A stretch of 64,000 nucleotides of DNA. Source: Vicugna vicugna. Taxonomy: Eukaryota. Location of the stretch: contig MU058423.1 of NCBI GenBank assembly GCA_013265495.1, forward strand, positions 3,301,061 to 3,365,060. Reading direction: 5' to 3'. Each line of letters opens with the position of its first letter. Position 1 is the first letter of the stretch. Below, one piece after another: positions 12,310 through 24,180 of this stretch. Both the position numbers and the translations under genes were made by a program. Below the pieces are notes generated by a model. It was given only the letters and a program-made list of their open reading frames with translations, ran no database searches and was not told the origin of the DNA.

Positions 12310-12772
12310 TGTTGACTGAATAAACAAAAGCACAATGTGAGAGCTGTGAGTTAAGTTTTATTTGGGGGCAAAATGAGGACTATAGCCCAGGAGACAGCAT
12401 TTCAGATGGCTCTGAGGAACTGCTTCAAAGAGGCAGGGGGTAAGGTCAGTGTATATGTGATTTTGGTGAAGGGGAGTACATGCAATCAAGCACACACTTT
12501 TACAGAAGGTCGCTGCTGGTTAGGAAGAGCAGATGGCTCCACTAATGATTTTAGTGCTTGTCTAGATATGAGGATATGGGCTCATAAAGTCTTCTCCTAA
12601 AAATATCTAGCTATCTGAAGGCCTGTTCTGCCAGCTTTTCCCAGAGCAGAGAGTACCTCATTCCTGATCTCCACCCTGAACCCCCTTCCGGGAGTGTTAA
12701 AGGTCAGTGACTGCAGCAGCTCATGATTTAATCCTCATAGAGGCAGATGGCAAGGGCAAATTTTTAGTTGGA
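12310..12772 (-). mobile_element. Solo ERV1-class LTR (MER41-like)
   Basis: Starts TG, antisense polyA signal tttatt near 12357, MER41-like internal motifs; ~460 bp. Confidence 0.6.
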
Positions 12773-13054
12773 AGGCTTAGGAAATTAAAATTTTTTTTCT
12801 TTAACATATATAGTTACGTTTAGAGAGAAGTATGATAATGTGATCACTAGAAGATATGTGAACATAAAAATATGTCAAGAACAAACAACAACAATAACAA
12901 ACAAACCCTCCATTATTGCTTTTCATAGCCCCTGAATATCAGATCCCAATTTTTACCTGATACTGCGGGGGCTCGGGTAATCTTATTGGTTTCCTTTATC
13001 ATGTTTAATTAACATTACCTAAAAGGCAGATTTATATGCCCTGTCTTATAATAC

Positions 13055-13165
13055 TGTTACCAAAACACTTGGGTCTGCTTGCCCATACACAGTAAAGCCA
13101 ATCTCCTGACACTGGGTTGTGGTGAAGGAAAGTACAGAGTTTATTGCAGGGCCCCAAGCAAGGGA
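13055..13165 (-). mobile_element. ERV LTR fragment (same family as 41585-41765)
   Basis: TG start; tgtggtgaaggaaagt...gtttattg.agggc shared with the copy at ~41675-41710. Confidence 0.55.
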
Positions 13166-13859
13166 GTGGGAGTGCTCTTCCTCACAGCATGTCAGCTGGA
13201 TTCCAAGAGTGAGTGTTCCAAAGGCAGGCAGGGGAAGGTGCCAGTTTCTTAGCACCTGGGCCTGAAACTGGCACTTCAGTATTCCATTCACTGGAGAAAT
13301 CACAAAACCCATCCAGATTCAAAAAGAGAAGAAACAGATCTCACTTCTCCATAAGTGTGTCAAAGAATCTGTGCATCTTAATCTGTCATGAGCTTCCTCC
13401 TGGCCACAAACTGCTTACCTTCCTTTTACATGCAAAATGCAATCACTTTCTTTCAAGACTTTTCAAATATTTCATCCTATTTTGAACATCAGCCTTAAAC
13501 TGTCATCGAGGGTAACTTCAGGTCACTTATTTCATGTCAGATACCTAAACCTACTGGACTTGAAGAGCCATAAGAGAGGACCTTTATCTGTCTTTTTCAC
13601 TCAGATCGGTTCTTGGTCCATAATAAGTGCACTATACATAATTATGGAACAGGTAACCTTATTTATTTCTCACTATTCAACTGAAAAAATTGACAGGGTA
13701 AGTAAATTTCCAAAGGTTAGGGAGTAATAGTCAAATCAGGGGTTAAGATCTATTTGACTTAAAATTCATTCTGAAAATATGTAACATGGCCTCTATCTTA
13801 GTGGGACTTAGAATCTAGTGGAGGAAGGTAAGATTAGGTATGATTAGAAAACAAAACAA

Positions 13860-14220
13860 AAAACAAACAAACAAAAAGGACACTATGAACTCACCTACAA
13901 AACAGAAACAGACTTTCAGATCTAGTAAACTTATGGTTAGCAGGGAAAGGGGGTGGGAGGGGATAAAGTTGGCAGTTTGATATTTACAAATGTTAGACAC
14001 TATATATAAAAATAGATTTTAAAAAAGTTTCTTCTGTATAGCACAGGGAACTATGCTCAATATCTTATAATAATCTTTAATGGAAAAAATAGGGAAATGA
14101 ATATATGTATGTATATGCAAGACTAGGACATTGTTCTGGGCACCAGAAATGGACACTTTGTAATCGACTATACTTCAATTAAAAAAAAATAAAATGAGTA
14201 AAATTTAAAAAAAAAGAAAA
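13860..14220 (+). mobile_element. 5'-truncated lineage-specific L1 3' end with poly(A)
   Basis: ctgtatagcacagggaactat...gactatacttcaattaaaaaa motif shared with other L1 tails in the window. Confidence 0.8.
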
Positions 14221-14519
14221 TGAGGTGACAAAGGCTAAGCTACAGTATTGGCTGTGGGAAGGAACAGATGCAACTAACAGATTGAAGAGGCCAAGATTTG
14301 GTGACTGTCCAAATTTGGGAAGGGTGGGAACAGACAGAGCCAAGGATGATGTCCAGACTCTGAGGGAGTAGGAGACCAGGACAATGATGAAACAGACCAA
14401 TTTGGAGAGGTAGCTGGACATGAGAATTCAGTTTCACAAATGAGCCAACCAGCAGGCCAGGCAAAAACTGCAGATCCAGGAATCCTATTGAGGTCATTTA
14501 CTAACTTCTAAAAAAAGCC

Positions 14520-16300
14520 TTTAAATATTTAAAAGTTGTGGTAAAATGCACATAAAACTTAGCATTTTTAAGTGTATAGTTCAGTGGCATTACGTACACT
14601 CATATTGTTGTGCAACCATCCCCATCATCCATCTATGGAACTTTTCCATTATCCCAAAGTGAAACTCTGTACCCATTAAACAGTAACTTCCAATTCCCTA
14701 CTATTTTACTACTTTCTGTCTCTATGAATTTGACTATTCTAGGTATCTTGTATATGTGGAATCATACCAAAGGGGAGAAAAAAATTTTTTCTTCTACCCT
14801 TCTGAGTTCTTCGCTGAGACGCCCTGTAGTAAAAGATACATTAACAAGAGAAAAACAGAAATTTATTAACATGTATATATGGGCGATACCCAGGAAGAAT
14901 GAGTTATTCCCTGAGAAGGCCCAAGCTACTATCTTACACAGTCTTCAGTAAAGACAAAAGAAAAATGTTGAGTTGGGGGTGGGGAGAGGCCAGTTATAGG
15001 AGGTTACCAGGAAACTCGTGGTAAAAAGGGTAATGTTTGTTTTGCAGATTTAAATCAGTGCCTTCTCAGTGATAAGATTTCATGTGGTTCACTCATCTTT
15101 CTATGCCTGGTGCAGAGAGGGAGACACCCTAACGGACGGAGATTTCCTTTATAAATCTGAATTTCCCTTTCACAAGGGTAATTTCTACTACATTTTCAGA
15201 GCTTCTCTTGTGTCTGCTGTTTGTTTAAACAATCAGCTCAAAACAGTCCTTATGCCAAAGAGGCATATTTTGGGGTGCGTATTCTGTTACCCTTCATTGC
15301 TGCCTTTGAAGCTTCCCCAGAAGCTGAGTTGGTAGATGGACCCATATCTTACTGAACTAGTCTCAATCCTGAGAATATGTCACTTACATTAAAGAGTTGT
15401 TTCTCATTTCAGGAGGTAGTGGTGCAGGTGGCTCCCAAAGTCAGGCCTATATGGTTCAGGCTATCAGGTATTTAATAAAAGGCATTTCTATGGAAACAAA
15501 AAAAGAAAAACAGTGTTAATGATTAGAACAGACTATAAACTCAGTTTTTGAGTCCAGAGGGCAGTTACTTGAGATGATGTCTAGACATTGGACTTGAAGC
15601 ACCTTCAGTCAGAGTGAGGAGGGGCAGTGGCAATCTGATGGATTTTACTGTTTTGCAGTTTTAATATCTCTAGTGATGCCATCTGGTGTTCCAGTGAAAT
15701 TTCTGAGTGGCCCACACAGCCAGTAAGCACAAAGTTTGTCCAACATGAGCTGCTGTGGCAACTTCTCTAGTTTGTATCAAGTCATCCAGCTTCAGCTTTC
15801 GGGGCTTTGAGAAGAGGGCAGTTTTTGTTCTTAGTGATTCCAGGTCAGAAGGGTGGGAGAAATGTGGAAATGTTAGTTTAATGACTCAGATATTGGTGAA
15901 AACTAGAAGAATTCAGGATGCAGTCAGTTTGCAGGTACATAACAAAACCTCAAAGGCAATGAACAGGACTAAAATCCAGCATCCACAAAAGTGCTCTACT
16001 GAAAGTTATTTTTCCTTCCCTACCCACAATACAGTATTTGTCCTTCTGTGACCAGCTTATTTCACTTAGCATAGTATCTTCAAGATTCATCCATGTTGTA
16101 GCATGGCAAGAGTCATTCCTTTTAAAGACTGAATAATATTTCATCACATGTATATGACACTTTCGTTTACTCATTTATCCATTGATGGACATTTGGGCTG
16201 TTTCTACCTTTTGCTATTCTGAAAAATGCTACTGTGAACATTGGTGTACAAATATCTGTTCCAGTCTCTGTTTTCAATTCTTTTGGGTATATACAGTTAA
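14520..16300 (-). mobile_element. Old antisense L1 (14520-14767, 16029-16300) interrupted by a ~1.26 kb ERV/LTR-derived insert (14768-16028)
   Basis: L1 phrase gtggaatcatac|agtatttgtcctt is split by the insert, with atac repeated at both junctions. Confidence 0.65.
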
Positions 16301-16477
16301 TAGATAAACTGAGGCATACTGGAATTTTTAAGAATTTGCCTAAAAAAAAAAAAAAAGGAGTTGAGCACTCATCAATTTGAATCTGTTAGCTCCTAATTAC
16401 TGTCAAGAACAAGAGGAAAGATTTTTATAGGGAAGATGCCAAAGCAAAGCAGGGAAATTACTAGACTGGCTCTAGGT

Positions 16478-17222
16478 TGTTGACAAAGAAATGCAGAAGG
16501 CTGCAAATAAGAAGAGTTTATTTGGAGACTCATAGACATAGAATACAAACTTGTGGCTGCCAGGGGGGAGGTGGGTGGGAAGGGACAGACTGGGAGTTTG
16601 AAAATTGTAGATACTGACAGGTATATATAAAATAGATAAACAAGATTATACTGTATAGCACAGAGAAATATATACAAGATCTTGTGGTAGCTCACAGTGA
16701 AAAAGAACGCAACAATGAATATATGTATGTTCATGTATAACTGAAAAATTGTACTCTACGCTGGGAATTGACACATTATAAACTGACTATAATGCAATAA
16801 AATAAAATAAAATAAAATAAAATAGTTTATTTGGGGTCTTAGGAATTGCAACTTAGGAGACACAAATTTGGGTAAAAGCCAGTGTTTTGGGGAAGAGAAA
16901 ATCAGGGGCTTATAAAGGAAAAAGCTTCAAGGTTGTTAAAAGTTGTCTGGAAAGAATTATAATTGACTGGACACAATCAAGGAAATATTTGTCCTTAAGG
17001 GACAACCTATCAGGAGTAATTTTAGGGTAAGGGGCCAGTAAGTATCTTGGGTTTGTGAAATATTGGGCAGAGGCTCTGGATGACTGTGTTAACACAGAAA
17101 TTGGTCAAAGTTCAGATTCCACCCAGGCTGAGATGTGTGTAAGTTACACTTCTTCATTGGACTCCAGGCTCCATTTTTAGAGAGCTCCCTTAGCAATACC
17201 AACTCTTGTTTTTCCTTTCACA
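16478..17222 (-). mobile_element. ERV LTR (TG...CA) containing a nested + strand L1 3' end (16526-16823) with (AAAAT)n tail
   Basis: 11-bp TSD agtttatttgg at 16515-16525 and 16824-16834; L1 3'UTR motifs. Confidence 0.75.
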
Positions 17223-17919
17223 AGCATAAGCTGGTGCCTTACTTGGGAAAGTCTACTTGGTTATGATTGGTTGTCCATAGGTTTCATTTCTTAACCTTGA
17301 TGCATTTGCAGGCTTAGGTTTTGGTTTGCTCATATAGGCTGTCAGGGCATGAGAGCCACCTCCGTCTAGAGGCCTCCTTATTTAACTAAACAATTCAAAA
17401 ACACGAAGAAGTGGAACTAATTTACTAAAGTTTAAACGTTCTGTTTAAATTACATATCCTATAATAAGAAATACGCTCTTTCAAGAAAGACTGTTGGGTA
17501 AAACTTTTGTTTCCTAGGGCCAGCAGGAGCCTCTCAGTGAAGCTTACCTTAAGTTACGTACTTTTTTCTGAGACTAGATTCTTCAAAATATCAAAAACAA
17601 AAACTGCACAGTATTATCTTTGCGATAACCCTAAGGCGTCAGCATTGTGTTTGCACAGAGTACGTATTAAGTGTTCGAAAATTTATTTCCCAAAATATTA
17701 TTTATGGTATATTAACAGGTTATTAATTCATTATTAAAACCAGATTGAGTCTTTTAAAATAGGACCAAAAAAGTTTTCCCCCTCAGAATGGCAGCTTCGC
17801 TTCTCCTCCCTCCTTAAACTCTTAAAAAATTGCATAGAAGAAAGAATTTATTTGTGAAACATTAAATTCAGTCTCTGCAGGGGAAGGGAGCATGATACAG
17901 TAACTTTTCTTAGAGATCA

Positions 17920-18760
17920 GACAGCTGCGTCCCCAGCATGCGGTAGTTACCAGTTGGAGGTTTGCGGCCTGAAAGGTTTGACGGTTTTCCTCAGAGCTCA
18001 TCTGTTACTGCACCAACTTCAGCCAGACCAAGGTCCCCTTTAAGGCCCGTGGATTGGTCAGGCGACGGGACTATTGGCTGATTCGGGCCCGAGCCGCTGC
18101 CCGCTCGCTCCTCTCGCCACCTTCCATTGGCCGGGGCCGTTTTCAGCCCCGCTGCGCACAAGGAGAGGCAGAACCCAACAGCCGCCGGAGCCGGCCGCCC
18201 TGCTCGCGGCCCGCGGACACGCTGAGCGACGCGCCGCCTCGGTCCAACAGTCGCGGCCCCCCGGGCCGGCTGGGGTGGGTGGCAGCCGCGCGCGAGGCGG
18301 GAATGTGTCCGGGACCGTAGTTCCCCCCGCCCCCCGCGGTTCGGGTGAAGACTTAGAAAAGGCTTCGGGGCTTGCGTCACCGCGGCCGTTAAGAGACACT
18401 AAACCGACGCCTGGGTGCTGGGAGCGTAGAAGGATGGGGCTGGCCTCCGGGCTGGGACCCGGACGGCCGCGGCGGAGGAGCAGGCGCCGGCGGCGTAGAT
18501 GTGGGCGGTGCAGGTGTGGCCGCGGCGGGGAACGTCACGTGGCGAGGCGGGCTTGCGCGGTGCCAGGGGCGGGGCCCGGGCTTAAATGCGGCTGCTGCGC
18601 GGCGGGGTCCGCTCGTCTGCGCTTTATCCGCTGGTCGCTGCGGCGCTTTGCCTGTCCTTTGAAGGTGCTTCTTACTACAGGTAATAGTTGCGTCGACTCA
18701 TGCTCTATGATAACGCCGTAACGTTGGCTCGCTTGAGGAGGGTTTCGGAGTACGAGTTAG
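17920..18760. promoter_or_regulatory. CpG island / promoter of HENMT1
   Basis: Dense CpG; three ATTGG (NF-Y) boxes ~18053-18131, ACTACnnTCCC motif (minus) 18311-18321, GC box ~18566-18576, CRE/E-box 18533-18541. Confidence 0.88.
18600..18680 (+). other. HENMT1: Probable non-coding first exon of HENMT1 (5' end approximate)
   Basis: Donor CAG|gtaata at 18681 downstream of a GC box and TTAAA element; next acceptor tgtttacag at 19209. Confidence 0.55.
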
Positions 18761-19268
18761 AGAATAAGCTTAAAAGTTAGGAGATGGACATGGCTCCGTT
18801 TTAGACTGAGTTCTAGTTGATAGAGGCGGGTGTGCAGCAGAGAACTAAAGTTTAAATTCAAGGCCATCAGTGAATTGGGTATGTGTTGGAGCATCTTTGT
18901 CACTTGTTTAGGACACTTTCCCCTTTAAATTACATTTTGACCGTGTGTGAAAGAGTAGTTGGAAGCAATTTGAGTGAGGTGGAGGGTTTTAATGAAATAG
19001 TCACAACTGATAGAATTGTTCAGTTGGTATCAAACTAATAAAGAATGGGTGTTATTGCATGTGTTTGGCGTAGCGGAAAGTTACTTAGGCCTTTTGAGCC
19101 TCTTTGCTATTGTCTGAAACAATAAATTCTGTGGATTAACTGGCAATTTAATATGGATTAAATGTAAAGAGAAGGGGGAAGTCTCACTCTCTTCCTATTG
19201 TGTTTACAGCCTAGTTGTTGCTGATTCCTAGAGCCTGAAGGATACATTTGCGTCTTTGTTTCAACAAA

Positions 19269-19289
19269 ATGGAAGAAAACCACCTAGAG
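19269..19289 (+). CDS. HENMT1: HENMT1 first coding exon (MEENHLE); exon begins 19210
   Basis: aaaATGG Kozak; similar to human MEENNLQ; GAG|gtaagg donor. Confidence 0.9.
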
Positions 19290-19360
19290 GTAAGGCTGCC
19301 CTCTTCTTGACCTGCCCTATGACTCTGAAGAATCATCGCGAGAGTGTGAGGCTGTGAGGT

Positions 19361-19452
19361 ACAGCCTGCCCTTGGTATCTGCGGGGTTTTGGTTCTAGGG
19401 CGCCCCGCGGACACCAAAATTCGCCGATGCTCAAGTCCTTTGTATAAAATGG
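19361..19452. mobile_element. MER2-like Tigger 5' fragment
   Basis: Aligns by eye to 11237-11330 (ta-cag...tggttc.agg...accaaaat...gatgctca.gtcc.tt.tataaaatg). Confidence 0.7.
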
Positions 19453-19599
19453 CCCTTCCAGTGCTGATGGCTGGCTATGATTACAAGGAAAATCCATCAC
19501 ATTTAGCGCCTAACATTTCTTGGGGTGTTGGTTGAGCTAAATAAAGATATACATAGATTAAATTCCACATTTGGTGTTTATAGTGTTTTTCTAATGTTA

Positions 19600-20045
19600 A
19601 CGTGCTTTTGGGTCACCAGGGGATTTTGTTAACTGCAGGTTCGGATTGAGGCGCTGTAGAAGTGACGCCTGCATTTCTAAGAAGTTTCCAGATAAAGAGG
19701 ACAGTGGTTCGGGAACCACATTTGGAGTACACATTACACGTGGTTATGGAGTACTTGAGATATGGCTTGAGCAACTGACAAATGGAACTTCATTTGACTT
19801 GAAAATTAGTTTATAACAGGTTTCATTATTGGGAAAGTTTTGAGTATGTTTGGGATAACTTGGTTGTGTGAAACTACTTTTTAAATGTACTTTTTTTTGA
19901 AACTCAAATACAGATCAAGCATGTCTGATTTCATCTTGAAATACTTAAGATATACTGGTTAATTACCCCTTAAAATATTACAAATAGGCTATAAGGAAGT
20001 TGCACATTTGGCTTGTATTTTACTTCTATTGGACAGCACTACTGT
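19600..20045. mobile_element. hAT-Charlie MER5/MER3-like fragments
   Basis: ctgcatttctaa...gggaaccaca (MER5-like) and ctattggacagcact terminus (MER3-like). Confidence 0.5.
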
Positions 20046-20523
20046 GGACATTAGGTGCCTTTTGGACTGTACTCCTTTGTAATACTGGTATTTAGGAATA
20101 GCAGTGACAGCAGCTATGGATTAATCATGACATTATTTTTGAATGGAATCATGTTAAATTAATTCTGACATGTATAAAAGGCTTTTAATAGGGCTATTAA
20201 AAAGGAAAATTATTTAGGACTATTGCAGTAAGAGCATTGCAGTAGGGGAGAGAGGTGGGGCCCAACTCCACATGCAGTGGACAGCTGGGGATTTGTAGCC
20301 TATGAGCAGAATGAGGGGATGAGTGGATGGAAGAGGGGAGACATCAAGGTATGGAGTTCCTGCTAAACCTACTTGGTAGGGTTCTGAAGGCAGGCCAAAG
20401 ACAGGGCAGGGTCTAGGCAAGTATAGTCAGAAGAGGGCTCAGCCTGACTTCAGTTTGGTTAAGAAGAGTCTTTTGTCAGTTTGCAGTCTTTGGCAATTCA
20501 CTTCACTAAAGGTCCCTTGTTTT

Positions 20524-20660
20524 TTAATTAATTAATTAGTTAATTAGTTAGTTAGGTAATTGGGTTTTGCTTATTTTTTTTAGAGGAGGTTCTGGGGATT
20601 GAACCCAGGACCTCATGCATGCTGAGCATGTGCTCTGCCACTGAGCTATACCCGTCCCTG
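20524..20660 (-). mobile_element. Camelid tRNA-derived SINE (Vic-1-like)
   Basis: A/B boxes (tagctcagtgg, ggttcaatcc on minus); 13-bp TSD ggtcccttgtttt at 20511-20523 and 20661-20673. Confidence 0.85.
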
Positions 20661-20946
20661 GGTCCCTTGTTTTGTTAAATGCATTCATTAGTAATTTTCC
20701 CTTCAGCAGACTCTAAGCTATAGGAAGCATAAAGCCAGACAATCACTTAAAAGACATGAGAGGAGGCTTAGATGAAATGAAGTGTGGAGAAAGTACAGTG
20801 CAACCTCATGAGCTTAGGACGGAGGTGGTTCCAGGGCCTGTGTGTTCTGCAAAGTGATTGGGGGAAGTAAAAACTTTTTTCTTCTTTAACTCCTGAAGTC
20901 ATGCATGATTAGAACACCTCCCTTTTTTTTGTTTGTAAACTTTCAG

Positions 20947-21075
20947 TGCAATAGTGTGGTTGATGGTAACGTTGAAGACGTTCCCGACAAGAAGGTAATT
21001 AAGTTTAATCCTCCGTTATACAGACAACGTTATGAATTCGTTAAAAATTTAGTGGCGCAACACGAACCCAAGAAG
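20947..21075 (+). CDS. HENMT1: HENMT1 exon (CNSVVDGN...FNPPLYRQRYEFVKNLVAQHEPKK, 129 nt)
   Basis: ttttcag acceptor, AAG|gtaggt donor; FxPPLY motif of Hen1 methyltransferases. Confidence 0.95.
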
Positions 21076-22854
21076 GTAGGTATTTCTCTTTCCAAACGTT
21101 TAATTGTTAAGAATGCCTTATGTAGTGCTTTGTCAAATTAAAAAAATCTTAGTAAGGACTTAGCAAGCAGAGACTATACAAAAAGACTTTTGCAAGGAGG
21201 GAAAGAGTTTGCAATAGGGAGAGCACTTGTCTTAATGGGTAAAAAGGATTTTTCTTTTACAGAGAGGAGTGTGAGCAGGATAAAAGGGGGGTGTGACTGG
21301 ATAGTAGAATGTGTGAGACCTGAAACCAGCCTGTTTTCTGGGAGGGATCCTTAGCTGAATGACATTGGCAGTCCAATGTTCAGGGGCCCAGGGGAAGGGG
21401 AGAATTTTGTTTTGATCAGTGGGACAAGTAGTCAAGGTAATCATTCAAGGCAGAGCGTGGGAACACTAGGCAGCATCTGTGAGTACTGGGGAAAATGGTA
21501 CCTTCTGAAAGCCCTTTCTGGAGATAGAAAGCGTAGGTGGGTACCTTTAACCTGTTTACCAGGAGCGCGGGACTCAGATAAAATTCAACATTGCCAGTTT
21601 CAAATGTGAAGAAAATTGTGACATTTTTACCATTGGATGTGGTCTTTTTGTGTTCCACATTTATCGAGCATGTAGTCCGAACATCAAGCAGACCAGTCCT
21701 GTGGACATAGGTACTGTGGTCCTTTTTAATTAGATAATAATAACGGTAGGGGAAAGGCAAGGAGCCCTTGGCCTCCATCCACTTTCCCTTTGTAGCAAAG
21801 GTTCATGATCAGTGCTGGCCCTGGATTCTGTCTGGGTAACACCTCCCTGCAGTGTCAGTGTCTGGATTTCATAGGACCAAAGGAGTGTAGCTCAGTGAAC
21901 AAGGCTAGTCCAGTGAGCATCTGAATTCTGTAGGGTCCGTTGTAGGCTAAAGGATGACAGACATCTTAAGGAAAGTGGTGGTTTAATTCTCATGAGTTTT
22001 GTGCTGTTAGACTTCACAGACTTGTCTTTTTGCCAGGTGGATTGCAGGTATTGGTGAAGCTCACATTTCCTTCATAGTATAGTTTCAGCGCAATTCCTAT
22101 TTGGAAGAAATTTGGATATACTACTTAAAAATTAGTGCAGTTCAATGCTTTCTGTGATTTGTTTTCTGGAACTAGATTTTCACTTTTCAGTTCTGCGTTC
22201 CCCTTCTCCCGCTATCCCATAAATGTGCCTGCCGCAGAGAGGAAAATTACTGAATAACCAAGGGTGCAGCTTTGAGGTGGATTGCATACTTTTTGAGGTG
22301 TGGGTCCTTTTCAGTGTTTGTCATGCGTTATCTTCATTTGCCCTTTTTACCTAAAGTGGGGTTCAGAGACATAGATAACTCAGCTATGGTTAATGAAGAC
22401 TTTATTGTGTGATTAAGAAAATCAGATCTAACCAAAAAAAAAAAAAACTGTAAGAATGCATGTGAGTAAATCTGAAGGGGATTAGAGGAACGAGATCAGG
22501 CTCTGGCCTGGTATGTTTGGTAAGCACTCCAAATCTGGAAGCTTTTTAGAGGCACAGATTCATCTTAGAGCACTTGCCTGTCCTGTGTGCTGCTCCTGGG
22601 CCAGGCCCTTGGGATATATCTGATACTCATCTGAATTAGAGGAGTTTATTGTCCAAACACTCTTGTAGGTCATGGGAAGTTAACAGGATTTATTTTTCCC
22701 CTTAGATTTATAGTGTATCAGGTTAATTTCCTTTTTATCTATTTTTTCTACCAAAAAGATACTATATAATTTTTTTGATACTCACTCTTTCTGAAAAACA
22801 AAACAAAAAAAACCTCTTGATCGTATTTGACTTCTTTGGCTATCATGTCTTTGA

Positions 22855-22992
<138 letters not shown>

Positions 22993-23695
22993 TAATACTG
23001 AATTTCTGAAAGAACTATGCATTAATCTAAAACTAGTGGCACTATTAATTATACCTAGAGGAACTGTTTTTTAAATGTTTTATACAACTTGTTTAAAGGG
23101 AGGCACTGTGAGAGCTACAGGCTCACGGAATAATGCCTTTACCATAACACTAATTGGCTGTATGTTGTGAATAATATCTGTGTTTTGCTTCTACCTATGT
23201 AGAAACTATAGCCTCAATTAAGTAATTATAGCAGTCAAAGCATTGCAAATTCAAATTCGAATGGCAAAGTCTAATGCTGGGCACCACGGTAACTTACAGC
23301 AGAGGATTTAAATTGCCACAGCACTGGGGCAGAGGCCCCGGGTCCCCTTTAATTTGAACCAGAGTAGCTCTTGTATATATATGTGATTATTTTAAGAATG
23401 TCTTTCTTCTAAAGAACAAAAAATTGAAAATCACTGATCCAGAGTGAGCTGAGAGAGCCAAAAGTATTAATAATTAGAAGAGTATCAAATACTCAGAAAT
23501 CTCGTTCTTCTTGGCCATAATATAATGCCCTTTGGGAGAGGAAGTTACCCTGTGACTGTGTGCTTAATACATCGTCATGGAAAACAGACCATGTCAGACT
23601 TACCAATGTAGGCAGGAGATAATTATCAGGATCAGAGTTCTGTTGCAGGTAAGATATTCTGAATAGTCTGTGTTCAAATGTTCCTTCTACAATAA

Positions 23696-23842
<147 letters not shown>

Positions 23843-23959
23843 TAAGTATTAAACTACTGCTTACTGTATACATTCATTTGAAAAATCTGAATGAATTAGT
23901 CCCAGTAAATTTAGCATCCTAAATATTTGTCATAATCTGTATTATTTGTGAGTGTAGGA

Positions 23960-24180
23960 AGGTATAAATTGGGAGGTTAAAATTTGCAGATAACTACTAT
24001 ATATAAAATAGAGAAACAAGTTTATACTGGATAGCACAGGGAACTGTATTCAATATCTTGTGGTAACCTGTGCTGAAGAATATGAGAACGAATGTATGTA
24101 TGTTCCTATGTGACTGAAGTATTGTGCTGTACACCAGGAATTGATACATTGTAAACTGACTGTACCTCAAGAAAAAAAAT
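23960..24180 (+). mobile_element. Short L1 3' end
   Basis: atagcacagggaactgtattcaatatcttgtgg...tgtaaactgactgtacctcaa plus A tail. Confidence 0.75.

Noticed and set aside
16796..16823. Regular short repeats (AAAAT)n as array-like structure
   Set aside because: Microsatellite derived from an L1 poly(A) tail; no repeat-spacer (CRISPR-like) structure anywhere in this mammalian window.
17991..18721. 215-aa and overlapping ORFs at the HENMT1 promoter
   Set aside because: R/P/G/A-rich CpG-island artefacts.
20580..20660. tRNA-like A/B boxes (also at 25.3, 28.9, 31.1, 58.2 kb)
   Set aside because: SINE heads with AT-rich tails and TSDs, not tRNA genes.
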